Source of the DNA: Azolla caroliniana
Taxonomy: Eukaryota > Plantae > Polypodiophyta
Reading direction: 5' to 3'
Length of the DNA stretch: 64,000 nucleotides
Assembly (NCBI GenBank): GCA_043228905.1
Contig: JBHGNT010000006.1
Coordinates: forward strand, 9,176,001-9,240,000
Part shown: piece by piece, positions 1 to 16,600 of the stretch
Layout of the letters: each line of letters opens with the position of its first letter
How positions within the stretch are numbered: position 1 is the first letter of the stretch
Translations under genes and position numbers: made by a program
The notes under the pieces: generated by a model
Told to the model about the DNA's origin: nothing
Database searches by the model: none
Seen by the model: the letters and a program-made list of their open reading frames with translations, nothing else

Positions 1-102
1 GGAATTTACATATGTGTCGGAATGCATAGAGCTCTCCATTGTGGAACAAGTCTAAAGGATTATTTTGCATAAGAGTTTCTTTTGTAAAATTCTATTCCAT
101 GA

Positions 103-3233
<3,131 letters not shown>

Positions 3234-4676
3234 TCTTGCTATGCAGAGCTAAAACTAATGCTATTTTCGCTATTTCCATGAATACCTACAAATATACATA
3301 TGCTTGTAATGGTTGTTTTTCACTCTTCAAATCAAAGCATTCAGTAACTGGCTATCTTTTCTGGTTCAAAACTGTGTATATTCATTTGAGTTGCATGGTG
3401 CATGTGCAAAAGTGCAATTGGTGTGACATGAAATCACCATATTGTAGCAGCTAAGTTTTTCTAATATGAGAAGGGAAGGTTCTGGTTATCGTGGAATGGA
3501 GTATCTGGTGCTTTTCTTCTCTTGCATTAATGAACGGATGCATAAAAATTCCTGTTTTGTTTTAAAATGCGAAAGGACTTTTATGAATAATGATTTGTTT
3601 GTCACATTCGTATGAAAGGTGGCAGTTCTCACACTTCTTTGGACATTGAACATATTTGTATAAAATGTTATGTTTTTATAAAGCAGCACTTGGCATCTTT
3701 TAGTATGGAAGTGTGCAATTCAACTAATACAGGGTACACAATTATTCTATTGTTCAATATCTTTTTGGTGGCCAAACAGAACTATAGGATTTACTATCTC
3801 ACTTGTTAAACTAAGCTGCAGTTTTCTTGCCTAAATGCTAGTCTTACAAAATTGATGAAGCATAGGTGGTACCATTTATTCTGCTCTATGCTTTTCAGAT
3901 GTGATTATCTAGGATTACAAAAATGATCTTTTTTGAAATTTGTATCATGTTTTTAATTGAGCGAATATGTCATCTTTGCACAATCAAGGAGAAACGTTTG
4001 TTTTTGTAATGCTACATCTAATCCGTACATTCATTTTATGGAATCCTAAGTTGCATCTATTTGGCAAAGGAGAGGTTGAAAAGGATTGGTTGTGATGATG
4101 CTGGCCCATTGTTTCATTGAGCAAGAAACATTGTTTGTTTGGTGCCAGTTGTTTACAAAGAAAATGGTTTGATATATTTGGTTTGGGTTATAATGGCTGT
4201 GTATTAGTTTCCTTGTTTTCTTCATCTCTTCTACTTTTCCTACTTTTTTTAAATATTACAGAAGGTAGAAATTTAGATAAAAATACTTCCATGTTAAAAA
4301 CAAAATGGTCTGCTTCCACTTCCATATTAAAAATAAACTGTGTTCCTCTGTGTGTTACATCTACAAATAATTTCCGAGTGTAATTCCTTATAGAGTAACA
4401 TAGACCATTTTGACCTCACACATGGCTTGCTAATATACATTTCTTTCTTGCAACATTTGTACAAATGTTGTTCTCTGGGTCTTTTATCCTTTCTCTATGA
4501 ATTTCCTTGGGGAGAGGGATATCTTGTAATCCTTTCAAATATTTTTGAATAACAACGCTATTATACATGGCAAGTTCCCAATGTGCATTATGTTTTAGAC
4601 AAGGGTAAATTGCATTAAAACCCTATACTTTTCCACTTCATGTCTCACCTCAGCAGTAGTTATGAAACACCTTCCA

Positions 4677-7600
4677 TCATAAATGGGACCAAGTCGGTTT
4701 CTCTCTGAATCTCTGCAATTTCTTCACGAGGGCAAGTGGCATAGAAACCTTATTATTCTCCCTTTCATGCCTCGTTTTAGCACGAGGAGTCGTCAATCGG
4801 CCAGTGTTACTCACGTTTACTAAATCTACAAAATCCAATGATGACCTGTGGATAGGCCCTTGAGACATTGTTTTTGGTATGCAAGACATTGCTTCAAAGT
4901 TGAACGGTTTAACTTTCAAGGCAACCTTCCCATGCAAACCTTGATAACAAGAAGTAACTGAGCTTGAAAACTGAGTTTCACTTTGATGGGGCACATCATT
5001 GCTGTCCTGTTGAATTAAATCATATATCTTATCATCTCCTCCATTCACATTTATCTCAGCATCTGCTAGGTCCTCCTGTAAAATATCGTGTGGAGAAACT
5101 GAACCCTATAAATATGTGGTCAATATGCAATCTACACTATCTTAGAAATCACTTCCAATGTGCATCATATCCTAGAAAATGTGCACTATATCAAAGTCTC
5201 ATAAGAAAATCTGTATTTGCAAGCAATTAACAGATCACGAGCTTAATGATGAAAAAAGCATTGCTTTAGTCACATTTATTGAGATGAAACTGGATATGAG
5301 GCACATATTGAAGGATACATTATTTGCATTTTCTCCCCTTAGTAGAAGTACATTACAATTGTTAACACCAGGAAGCATGCAGACTGTGGTGAGGGGAAGC
5401 AAGGAGGAAAATGTAGGGGAAGGAAGAACTTGATGCTACGCTATCGTAGAATCCATGGTGTACAAACGAGAATCAATATGCTCATTTATCTATATTGATG
5501 TTAGGAATAATATGAATAACTTGATTGTTTTGCTGTCTGTACCTCAGTTATGACACAACCATCAAGAGTAGTCAATTGCAACAATTTGCTAATTACTGCA
5601 CTTCTATACTGTGGATGCCGGCATATCTAGCAAAATAATAAAATAGAAATTATAATTTTTTAATAATCAGGAATCAAAATAGATAAAACACAGGAATGCA
5701 ATGAGAGATCTTCAAATCGATAACTCACTGGGTTCTCCAGCAATGAGAGATCTTCGAGCATGTTAAGAGTGGCCAATTCTTTAATTACTTGAAGTCCTCC
5801 TAGACGATCTGATTTTATGTAATTTGATGAAAGGTTTAATGTCTTCAGGGAGGTAAGTTGCCACATATGCTGCACAGATTTTATTGCATTATCACTCAAA
5901 TACAGCTCCTCTAGGCTGGGAAGATTTTCAAATGATCCGGATTCAATTTCCTTGATGCAATTGTGATCCAGGTAGAGTTTTTGCAAAAAGAGAAGGCCAT
6001 TCAATCCATCGATCTAAAATGTGAAATTACCATAACAATCAATCATAATCTTTTCGAATCAGGATGCTGAAAGAAAGAAAGAGAAATTAAGGACACCAAA
6101 TTATATTAACAAGCTGACAGTTACCACAAAATAGAAAAGATTTTGATCCTGTATAACAGAATCTAGTAAAAAATATAGCCAAGGTTTATACTAGCAGATG
6201 CAAGTTCACACATTGAAAACACTTTAGTATACATATTCAATGCATAATCGTGCTACATCATCTCTTCCATTTAAGGATCTATAATTAGATGAATGGGAGA
6301 GGTCTTTATCTCTACATACGATGTTTCGGACATCTTCACAGATGATGGAATCTTGAGAATCCCTAACAAATGAGAATATTGAAGTCAGGCAATGGATGTA
6401 CCAAAGATTGCAGCATAAAACTTCACCGTCAATCTGGATTGGTCATGGTCAGAATAAATTATTGTGGCTCATTCTTGGACACAGCAATATGGCTGTCAAA
6501 CAACATGGAGATTTCTTAATGCCAAAGTGGATTCCTTCACTTGAAATGTGGTCAGTCCATTTGAATTGAAGAGCCTACACTGAACATAACGACTTTCCAC
6601 CCCATGCATGTGAGGAAATGACATTGTCACATTAAAGAATTTAAGGAAAGTGGTTACACATCAGCAGAAACTGGGTGAATCTCATCTTAGACACATCCTC
6701 GAAGCTCTCAATCATTTAATTCATCAACGGTGCAGGGCTGTATCCTATCCATATCCATAGAGAGTGAACAACTGGATGAACCAACTAAAAATTGGGAATC
6801 CTCACAGAAAAACAAAGAAGGTAAGCTCCATTGCATAAATTTAATATGATACAACAGGAGTTGCATGTTGAAACAATGGAAACTTCAGAAAACACCTAAA
6901 AAGCATGATACATTTACGGCTAGCTTGTCAATCCAAATATAAAGAAAACGATCAGTTCACCTCTCACTTATAACTGAAACTAGCTGTACAGCTGCAGAAA
7001 ACAGCACTAGGTACATACCTTCATCCTCTTTGGAGTTTTATATGCATCATATTCTTGCTGTATATAGAGATATTTGGTTCTCCTTAGCAGCAGATAAACT
7101 CTACTATTGTATATAGACATATTTGGTTTTCCTTAGCAGCAGATAAACTCTACTATTTCTTACTTTATGTTATTTTTGCACATCTCATATGCCCAAACTT
7201 GTGTATGGCCCAAAGTTAAGCAATGGATTTTAGATAAACGGTTCGGGTTAGGTTCGGTTCGGTTCTAAAACTCGGGTTTAACGGTTTGGTTTTTGGTTAA
7301 CTTTTTGTTTACCTTAATATTTTTAATTTAATGGTTTAATTAATGATTTTTTATTAATTTAATTAATTTAACTTAAATGTTTATTTAATTTAATGGTTCA
7401 ATTAAAGTTTCTTTTATTGATATAATAAATTTAACTAAAATGCGTATTTAATTTAATGTATTTTTGTTTATTTAGATGTTTAATTAGTTTGACTTAAATG
7501 GTTAGGTTTAAATTTTTTATTAAATGGTTCGGTTTGGTTTTAACTTTTCCCTAAATGGTTTGGTTTACTTTTTCTTAAATGGTTTGGTTTAAATACTTGA

Positions 7601-10600
7601 GAGTTTATAAGTGGCTTGGTTTGGTTTTTGTTTTATATAAACGGTTCGGTTCGGTTCGGTTTCTTTGCCTTGAAACCAAACCGTGCCCATTGCTACATAT
7701 GGGTTCCATGGAAGTATATTTCTTCTTAGCAGCAGATAAACTCTACTATTTCTTACTTCATGTTAATTTTTGCACATCTCATCTGACCAAGCTTGTGTCA
7801 GTATGGGTTCTTATTTTTTATGAATGAAAATTCTGTGACTTCAACAAAATATTTTCAATGTACCTTAGTTATGGCATTACTCTTCAGGGATAGTAGCTTG
7901 AGGTTTGGGAAATACTGTTGAAGACCCAAGCACATGATGTTTGTGATTGAATTACTGTCCAGATGTAGAACTTCAAGCTTATTCAAGCAAAGTTTTTCCC
8001 CAAAGTTTGGCATTACTGGGATGGGATCATTCGGAGCATTCATCTTGTTGTCATGAGAAACCAATCCAGAAGACAAGACATGAACTTCTCTATTGATATC
8101 CTCTTCAAGCAATGCTCCATCTTTAATACAATTATTTTGAAGAAGCAACCTTTTAAGATTCTGTAGTAATCTGAGACAGTGTAACAATCTGTCTTATAAT
8201 ACGTACACTAGGATTTTGTAGTAATATGAGACCGTGTAAAATGTATTATTTCAATATTCATGAAGCAAGTTCAACTCTAAAAGAACATATAAAAAGGTAT
8301 ATCACTATCAATAGTTGTATATCATAATAATAAGAGTTCAATCGAGAAAATAAGTACCCATGTATAAAATATTAGGTTTCCCCTACGTGAAATATGAGAT
8401 ACATGCCTACATGCTATTGTGCACGACCCCTTTCTTTATTCTAATGAAAAAAGAGCTAAAGCTTCAACTTCCTCATGCTTAGCCACGAATGTTTTACAAC
8501 TACTTGACTTTGACGTAGAACAATGATCAGAGATGCTTAGAGCTCTTCCTTGTAAGAGATAAGGAGACATAGAGAGGGGCCTTCAATGGCGAGATTTCAC
8601 TTTCTATCCACCTAGACGGAGAGATAACTTTGACAAATTCTTCTGCACAGATAATAGTAGGGACGTTCTTCACAACCTACAAGCAAACATCCTTGCGCAA
8701 GCTGATTCACCACTCAGTGGATTACAAATAGAGCCATTTCCCTTTGTTTTTTACGCAATGCAACTGAAACCATGAATCCGATGTGCATATCTTTACAAGA
8801 TCAAAGCCATCATAAGATAGCCCCAAGGACATTTCCATATTGGGTCAGCTAGTGATGAATATGTCTTTCTATATGCTTTCCTTTTGTCTTTCTTTCATAA
8901 TCCAGATATTCAGATTTACATTAAGAATTAATGCATTTTAAAAGTATATTAAATAGAACAGAAATAGTTTTATATTTACTTTCTAAGTTCTAATTTCATT
9001 TCTTTTTCCTTTTCGTACTAATAGCTATGGAGTCTATGAACCATGCGCTGCAACAAAACTTTGAAAGTAATTAATTGATACTTCCAACTGCTCAAAACTG
9101 TTAGTGTCATCAGCCAACTTTACCTATGACGCCATAAGTGTTCTAGTTTCTGACCAGATCTGGAATTCTAATTTGCTTCAAAGCATATGTCATTGTCAAA
9201 CAGTGTAAAAGATCATAGAATAGCACTGGAAAAATGACATTTATACTATAATTTGGTGAAATTGTTTGGAAATAATATTCGTATTTCATACGTCAAAACC
9301 AAGTGTTGGAAATAATATCAAAATTTTGCATGAAATAACTTACTTAAGAGATTTGATAGAAGACAAAGAGTTGTTACTCAAATCAAGTTCTTCTAATCCA
9401 AGTAAACTGTCGCTTTCAAACACTTTGCCACAATTCCTTAAGCCTTTTCCAGAGAGATTTAATGTCTACAGGAAGAACATCTTGTTTACAATTTTGATAT
9501 ATATTAAATGTATACACAGAATAGATTTAAAATATATATTCTGTACCTTAAGATTCTCAAAGGCACAATTTCCCAGGAAATCTAGGAGCATGTCTTTGGT
9601 TAAGCGACCATTGTGCCTTTCTTGTGCTTCAGCAAGCTCATTGCTATCTATAACCCTGCTATCCAATACCTGCAGAGCTTAAAAAACGATAGCTTCAGAA
9701 ACCTATGAATTCTACCATGCATCAAACTTCTTACTAGGATTCAAAATCTAACACTGTTCCTTTTATTGTCCTGTTACCTTCAACTTTCTAAGTGTAAAAA
9801 TAGCAAAACTTCTATAATCCAGGTCCTCACAAAGTGGATTGCCAGATAAATCAAGGACCATCAGTTTCGGCAAAACGCGGATGTGAGAGAATTCACAACC
9901 ATCTCGCAATAGGTTGTGTGCCGCATAAAGTTCTAGCAAAGCTGTTAAATTACTGAGACCCTGTTTAAAAGATTACGAAATTCAGATTTAAGCTAAAATT
10001 GAAAATTTTCAGCAAAGACAAAGAGGTGAGTAATCCAAAGTTAGAATATATATTGGGCTCTAGATAATTGTGGACTAGTTGTATTTCATAATTCTTTAGG
10101 AAAATCTATTCCTGACGCTGAAGAGCACCATCAGTGTGGTGCAGACTTGTTTCTGTAGGTTCAGAGATTAGCACTGCGATGCTAGGACTTCCATCGATTC
10201 GCAATTTTTCTGGCATATGTTGAGATCTTTTGAAGGAAAATTTGAGTCATTTTAAGATCATTCTTTGTTTTTTTAACAGGAATATCTGATTTTTTACTCA
10301 AGACTCAAGAGTATGGAATGTCTGTGTATACCATTCGCTAAATGAACAGTGTACCTTCAGCAGTTTTACTAATTTATTTATATTATTCTGATTTTATTTT
10401 TTCTCAAGATAATCTGCATTTGCCATTTTGGCCTCTTAAAATACATTAATGTATCTTCCTTTTTTTCTGATGAAAAACAGCTGCCGCTTAATTTTTAAAA
10501 TTGAATAGCTCATCAACCAACACATACTTTCCTTGGTGACATATTTGCTGGTGAAGATGACCTATCTTCTCATATCTGATGGAGGAGGATTTTACGGCAA

Positions 10601-13600
10601 GTGTTAGATTAGGGCGGCGAAAATATTGAGGAATCCATTACTTCCATCAGACTAGTCATAGACAGGTATGACTTGAACCACTTCACTTGACACGATGTTG
10701 CATGTTTAGTTAGGGCTATAACGTCCAGAAATCTTAACAATAACCTGAGAAAATGTGTTAAAGAGATAATAGTGTCTGCTACAGCAGCCATAGAGACTTT
10801 CTCTTTCCAGTACTTGCCATTTGTATAGGTGAAAACTAGCTATCATGTATTCCTAGTGTTGCAAAACCTTTAGCAGATCCAACCATGGAGGTGTGGATCT
10901 ACAGAGTATCTAAGGTTTCCAAGAAAATTTCAACACTCTAACCTCTGGAATAAAGATAAAGCCACCAAGCAGTTGATTGTACTCCTCATCAATTCCATTG
11001 CCATCAATTAATATGGAGATTCCACAATTTTTATGCTTCATTATCTGCTTGATTTTTGTTTGTTTGCATACCAATATAGCCTTTGATTGTTCATGACTAT
11101 TTGCGACATATATCGAAACATATCTATAGGAAAAATATTTAGCTGCATCTAACAATGCACAACCCATCGTGGCAGTGGCAAATAGCCATTATATAAAAAT
11201 CGGGAATCTCTACAATCATCCATCAAGATCAAGCAGTAGTATGTTTCGTATTAAGTTTATCTTTTTTAATGGTCCATTTTCAAAAGAATAGACTCTTCAA
11301 GCAACGACCTGCAAGGAAATGCCAGATGTATCACGGGTAGAAAATTTTCACATCAGAAGGAAATTATAGACCTGTAAAGACTCAATCTTGTTTCTTTCTA
11401 TTGAAAGTTGACTCAATCCACTAAAGCAATGCAGCTGAAGACATGAAGTCATCTCATTTCTTCCAAGATCTAATTTCCATAGCATTGGTAGCTGCATTGA
11501 TTCTTTAACCTAAGAAAACCATTGAGTCAGGAAAAACATAAATACAAGAAGAAGCACGTCTCATTGATGCTTGTCGAAGGATATCATTTCATTCACCTGC
11601 TTGATGCAATTATCTTCTAAGATTAACTCCTCTAGCAGTATGCTTCTATCAAGCCCTTCAAGAACAGAGATTTTATTTCCTGAGAGGATGAGTTTACGGA
11701 TATTTGGCAATTTTTCAAAGCATGTCATGGACTTCAAATTTTGATGCTCAAGGTACAACTCTTCAACATCAGCATCATAAGGATTCCCAGCTGAATCCAG
11801 GATAAACTGAGTTTGCAGAATCTCTGTACGTTGATCTTGTTTATTGTACAAATATTGGTGCGAACCCTCATTGTTTGTGGTAGAGGCTTTTTTCTCATGT
11901 TGGGAAACATTTTCCACTCTTTTTTTCTTACCATTTTGGGAAGTTCCTAACCCAAACAGAAGAATGATCAATAAAAATAAGTCCGTTAAAACATGGAGAA
12001 CATGTTTTTTCGGTAAACTTTAATTCCTAATGTAAAATATAGGCAATTATATTCTCATGGGCTTAAACATAAGATTCACCCAAATGCATAGACCACATGA
12101 ACAAACCCACCCATGTGAATGCAGATGCTTAAAATATCCCTGCAAATTCTTCAGGATCTTAAAATAACTCAACTAGAGTTGATACTGGTTTTCCAGATTT
12201 CCTACAAAACTGTAGTTATTGTTATAAAGCTTTCAGAAGAAAACAAGATATATTAACATCTCTATAAGATCAAAATGACCTAGGTCTCCCTGAACTCCTG
12301 TATTTCATGTTTATTAAAAAGACCTCCACAGTTATAGAAGAAAAATAAGAAAGAAATTACCAGAGTCTACAGGCACACAGTCAAATTCAGTCAAATAAAG
12401 GAAAGAATTAAGCACTGTATCTCTATAACTACGTGATTCTTCAATAGGATTTCCAAGCAGGTTCAAATGCAAGAGCTGTGGCACCTACATGAAAAATTAT
12501 ATATTAAATTGAGAGAAACCTTCAAGTAGACTAATTGAACATAATGAAAATCGCACACGAAAATATATTTGAAATATTTAATAGTTTGCAGCCTATAATC
12601 CCGTTATTATTATTATTTTGGATGAATAAGCTTATATCAATTGTGTATCAAATGTTGCTTATACTAACTGGGTATAATAGGCATCATGGGCTATAATAAA
12701 ACTGGATAAGAACTAGCGCACAATGAAAAACCTACAACAAACCTAACACCCAAATGTAGGCACAACTAAAAGATAATTCTCAATACAATATCATTATATA
12801 CACCTCCCATAGTTGGGTTCATCTGAGTATAGAGAAATTAGCAGTTTATAGTTCTCTACAATGCCACTTTCTAATGATGAAAAAGAAAAAATCAAGAACT
12901 CAACTCCATGTTAAAACAGAACAAGATGAACCTATCAAAATCTCGTGAAGCAAAATAAATTTCGGTCCTTTCACAAGAGTATTTCTGATCATTAACGAAC
13001 ATAATCCATCATATTACAGGAATCAATTTTCTTTAAAAGGAATTAGCAAAACATTCCTTAGTTGCCTTGACCTACTTGATGGACCAAAATTTGAAGATCA
13101 TCCACGGCACAAATTTGATTTCCAGCCAGATCCAATGTTTTTAACTGCTTCAGATGAATAAATCCATTAATTTGTCTCAAAAGGTTATAGCTCATGTCCA
13201 GAATTTCCAACTCTTTAAGCTCCTGAAATTCTCCTCCTATTTGTGAAATCTTGTTGAAGGACAATATGAGAACTTTGAGCTTGCACAGTAATTTCAAGGG
13301 TCCAAGCTCATGAATATTACTATTGTGTAAATTCAGATGCGTGACATTGAGAAATTCACATTTTGGGTTTTTTGGGGGACTCTGTTTAGAAGTACAATGA
13401 ACCTCTTTTATATCATTGCTATGATGATGGACTTTAAATGAGTGTTTTCCATCTATAAAGATGTCCATTCGTGCCATGAGCTTACTGGTCGGGAGAACAA
13501 ATTTTCCTTTTAACAGAGAGGTATCTTCTTTTTCTTTTGAGCAGGGACTAGAAGAAGGCTCATTTGCAGGAAGATATTCATACTCTACCAAATATTCTGG

Positions 13601-16600
13601 AACCAACATGGACGAGTCAAATATATACCAAGATCTTTGTGTAGGATCAGATGGATGAATTCTATATACGGAGTCTGCATCAGGATATGAAGATTTACTA
13701 AAATTGACGAATTCATCGCTAACTGCAAGGGAATAACACAAAGTTAGCCCACAATAAATTGATATTTTCCTTAAGCAAAAGGATTTTTTATCAATGCAAA
13801 GAATATTTCACACTCTAGACATAAAATGAAATGAAGTAAAATGCAGGGTATAAACAAGTTCCTGAGAGCAGACACATCAACCTCCAAAATTTCTTGCATG
13901 TTCTTTACACTTGATTAAGATGGCATATAAACATCAATACATGTTTCAAGAATAAAACATGCCGAGGGATGAACATAAAATCACTTGTTTGGCATAGTAA
14001 GATAATGTTCAATCATGATAGCCCTATTGCTACAAGCTACCATAAACCATCAATTTGTGAAAAGCGCCACAGTAACATGCTTTTCTTCAAAACTTCTTGA
14101 TTATAGAAATGCGTATTTCAGGTTTCTTGATAGCACATTAGTCAATAGAAAGTGTTCCTCATTTATCCATTAGTGTCATCTGCCTTCACATTTGTATCCC
14201 TTCCCATTTGTATCCTTTCTGATGAATCCACGATCATCTTACAGCACAGTCTAGGCAATGAGTGGGGCAGTTTATAATTTATCACATGGGAACCATAAAT
14301 TATTCATTTACAATTCATGCTACTGCACTAAAATAACTCAGTGATGTACTGTTCATACATAGGTTTTGGCAAAACCTTAAAACATCTGGATGTTTAAATC
14401 CATAAAAATGATTTTTCTGTGATTTTTATAGAAACATTCAAACCATCACAATATTCTTTAGCTCTGTCTCTCGTTCTCATGCTGCCAGTCAATCATGGGC
14501 TACACAAATACGATCTCGAACACAACATTTGAAAGGGTTTACAATATTTCAGGCAACAGCAATTTGTCGTGCAGATCATCCCCATCTAGACCATGACCCC
14601 ATCACACTTGTCATTCACAAATAAAGGCCATTATCACTCAACACCAAAGCTACTTCCCTTGCTTTGGAGACTACTCCATCTTGGATTGGCCCATGCTGAA
14701 GATTTTCTGAAGGCCGAAGTTTCAGTCCATCTACCTTCAAACAAGATCCTCTCTTACCTTTGGAAGTTCCACTAATTCATTCATATTTATTTTGGTTTGT
14801 CGTTCTCCAAGATGAGAGAACCTTCTCATTGGCCATTCTCGCCTCTTGAATATTTTAATATATATTTCTTTCTTATACAGACAGCTACCATTCACATTTT
14901 CGTTCAACCATTTTGAATCAAAACAGGAAATAGGTGAATTAACGATAATCATTTTGTAAACAATGAAGGACAATGAAGTAGTTGATGAATCTCTCGGTTA
15001 AAAACTTTTGCTGTAAAGCCACCCCCCTCCATTTAAAGGAGGGAAAAGTAGTCATGGTTCCTATTGAATGCTAAAGAGCCACTTACAATAGGAAAATTGC
15101 TGAGTGGTAGTAGGATTGTTACCATGCTGATCTTGAACAGATACTCCAAGGTTTGCCTTCACAATAAGAACCCAGCCTGTCACTTTCATCTTTGAGAAGT
15201 TAGACCGTTGTGATTGATCATATATTACCTGCAATACATTCAGGTTGATTCATTTAATTTCTAAGTTGCAAAACTGTTTAGTGTTTAATAAATCAATTGA
15301 AGGATGAAAACATGAGGTCATATCCAAGCATTAATCACATGACATGGACCAACATTTTAAAAATCATTCAAATCATTGCAAAATAGAAAACGGGATAATC
15401 ACAGACATCCCAGAAAGCCAGGATGGGTAGAATCAGAAGAACTCATTTCCAGACTGTTGTCTCTTTTCATTGCTTTGACACTAGTGAAACTGATGCACAA
15501 CCACAGTAACCAGTTGGTACATCCGTGTTCTGTCTTTCTTTGGACACAAATAGCACTTATATTCACGTTTCTTAAATTGCTCATAATAAGCTGCATAATA
15601 AATATCAAGACAAATTTTGATGCTCTGGCTTACAAAAATGCTTAAGACTTTAGTATTGTATGCAGCAACACACATTCTCGTTTCTCATCCACCACCCCCA
15701 CATCAGACCCATGGGATGACCTCATTGGTGCAGATTAAATATGATATCTACATCGCCTTTGTCCTCAATCATCTCTCTTTACAAAAGCCTCTTGAATTCC
15801 TTCTTTCTGCTACTGGTAAAGTCACTAGTATGATTACTATACTGAAAAAACTTGAGTCAATCATCCACATCTGATCTTTAGATTCTGTACATGTTGATTA
15901 GTATGAGCTTTGTGTTTCTAGATGGTCTCTGAGTATTACATTCTGCCTAAATGACTGGGTACTAATTTTGGCATAAAAATGGATGAACTTATTCGTAACA
16001 TGATGCAGTATTGCATTATCCTCATATAACCAAAAAATAAAACGATAATCGAAAAACCATCTTCGATCACCTGCAATCTACAGATATCCGCTAAGCCAAT
16101 AGAATTTGAAAGAAGGATAGGAATATGAGGATCCGATTTGCTTTTCGAGGAATGAAATGGAAAACCTTCCTCTACAATCCACTGCAATTCCCCTGATCCT
16201 TGAAATGTTTCACCATAGAGCAAATACTCAATATGCTTGTTCTCTTCCTGTATGAACCAATGCACATAAAATTACAGTTTAAGTGCATCTCAAAGTACTC
16301 ATAATTCATCAATAATACAACTAAATACCCAAAATCAAAGCATGATTTTCCGAGAAATATTTAACAACTCATAGAATGGCATCCCTTATGGAGCAAAATA
16401 TCACATAAAAGCCTTCAATGCAAACATTTGAATGGTCCTTTCTGTTGATGCTACAGCAAATACATTTGTGCCTTATAGAGATGAATGATTGGTTATACAG
16501 GAAAAAACACTTAGTTTGAATGATGTTTTATTCTGGAAATAAGGATAGCAGTATCACATAAATATGAACCCTCCTTAATGTACTGATTCTTCCTACTGAT

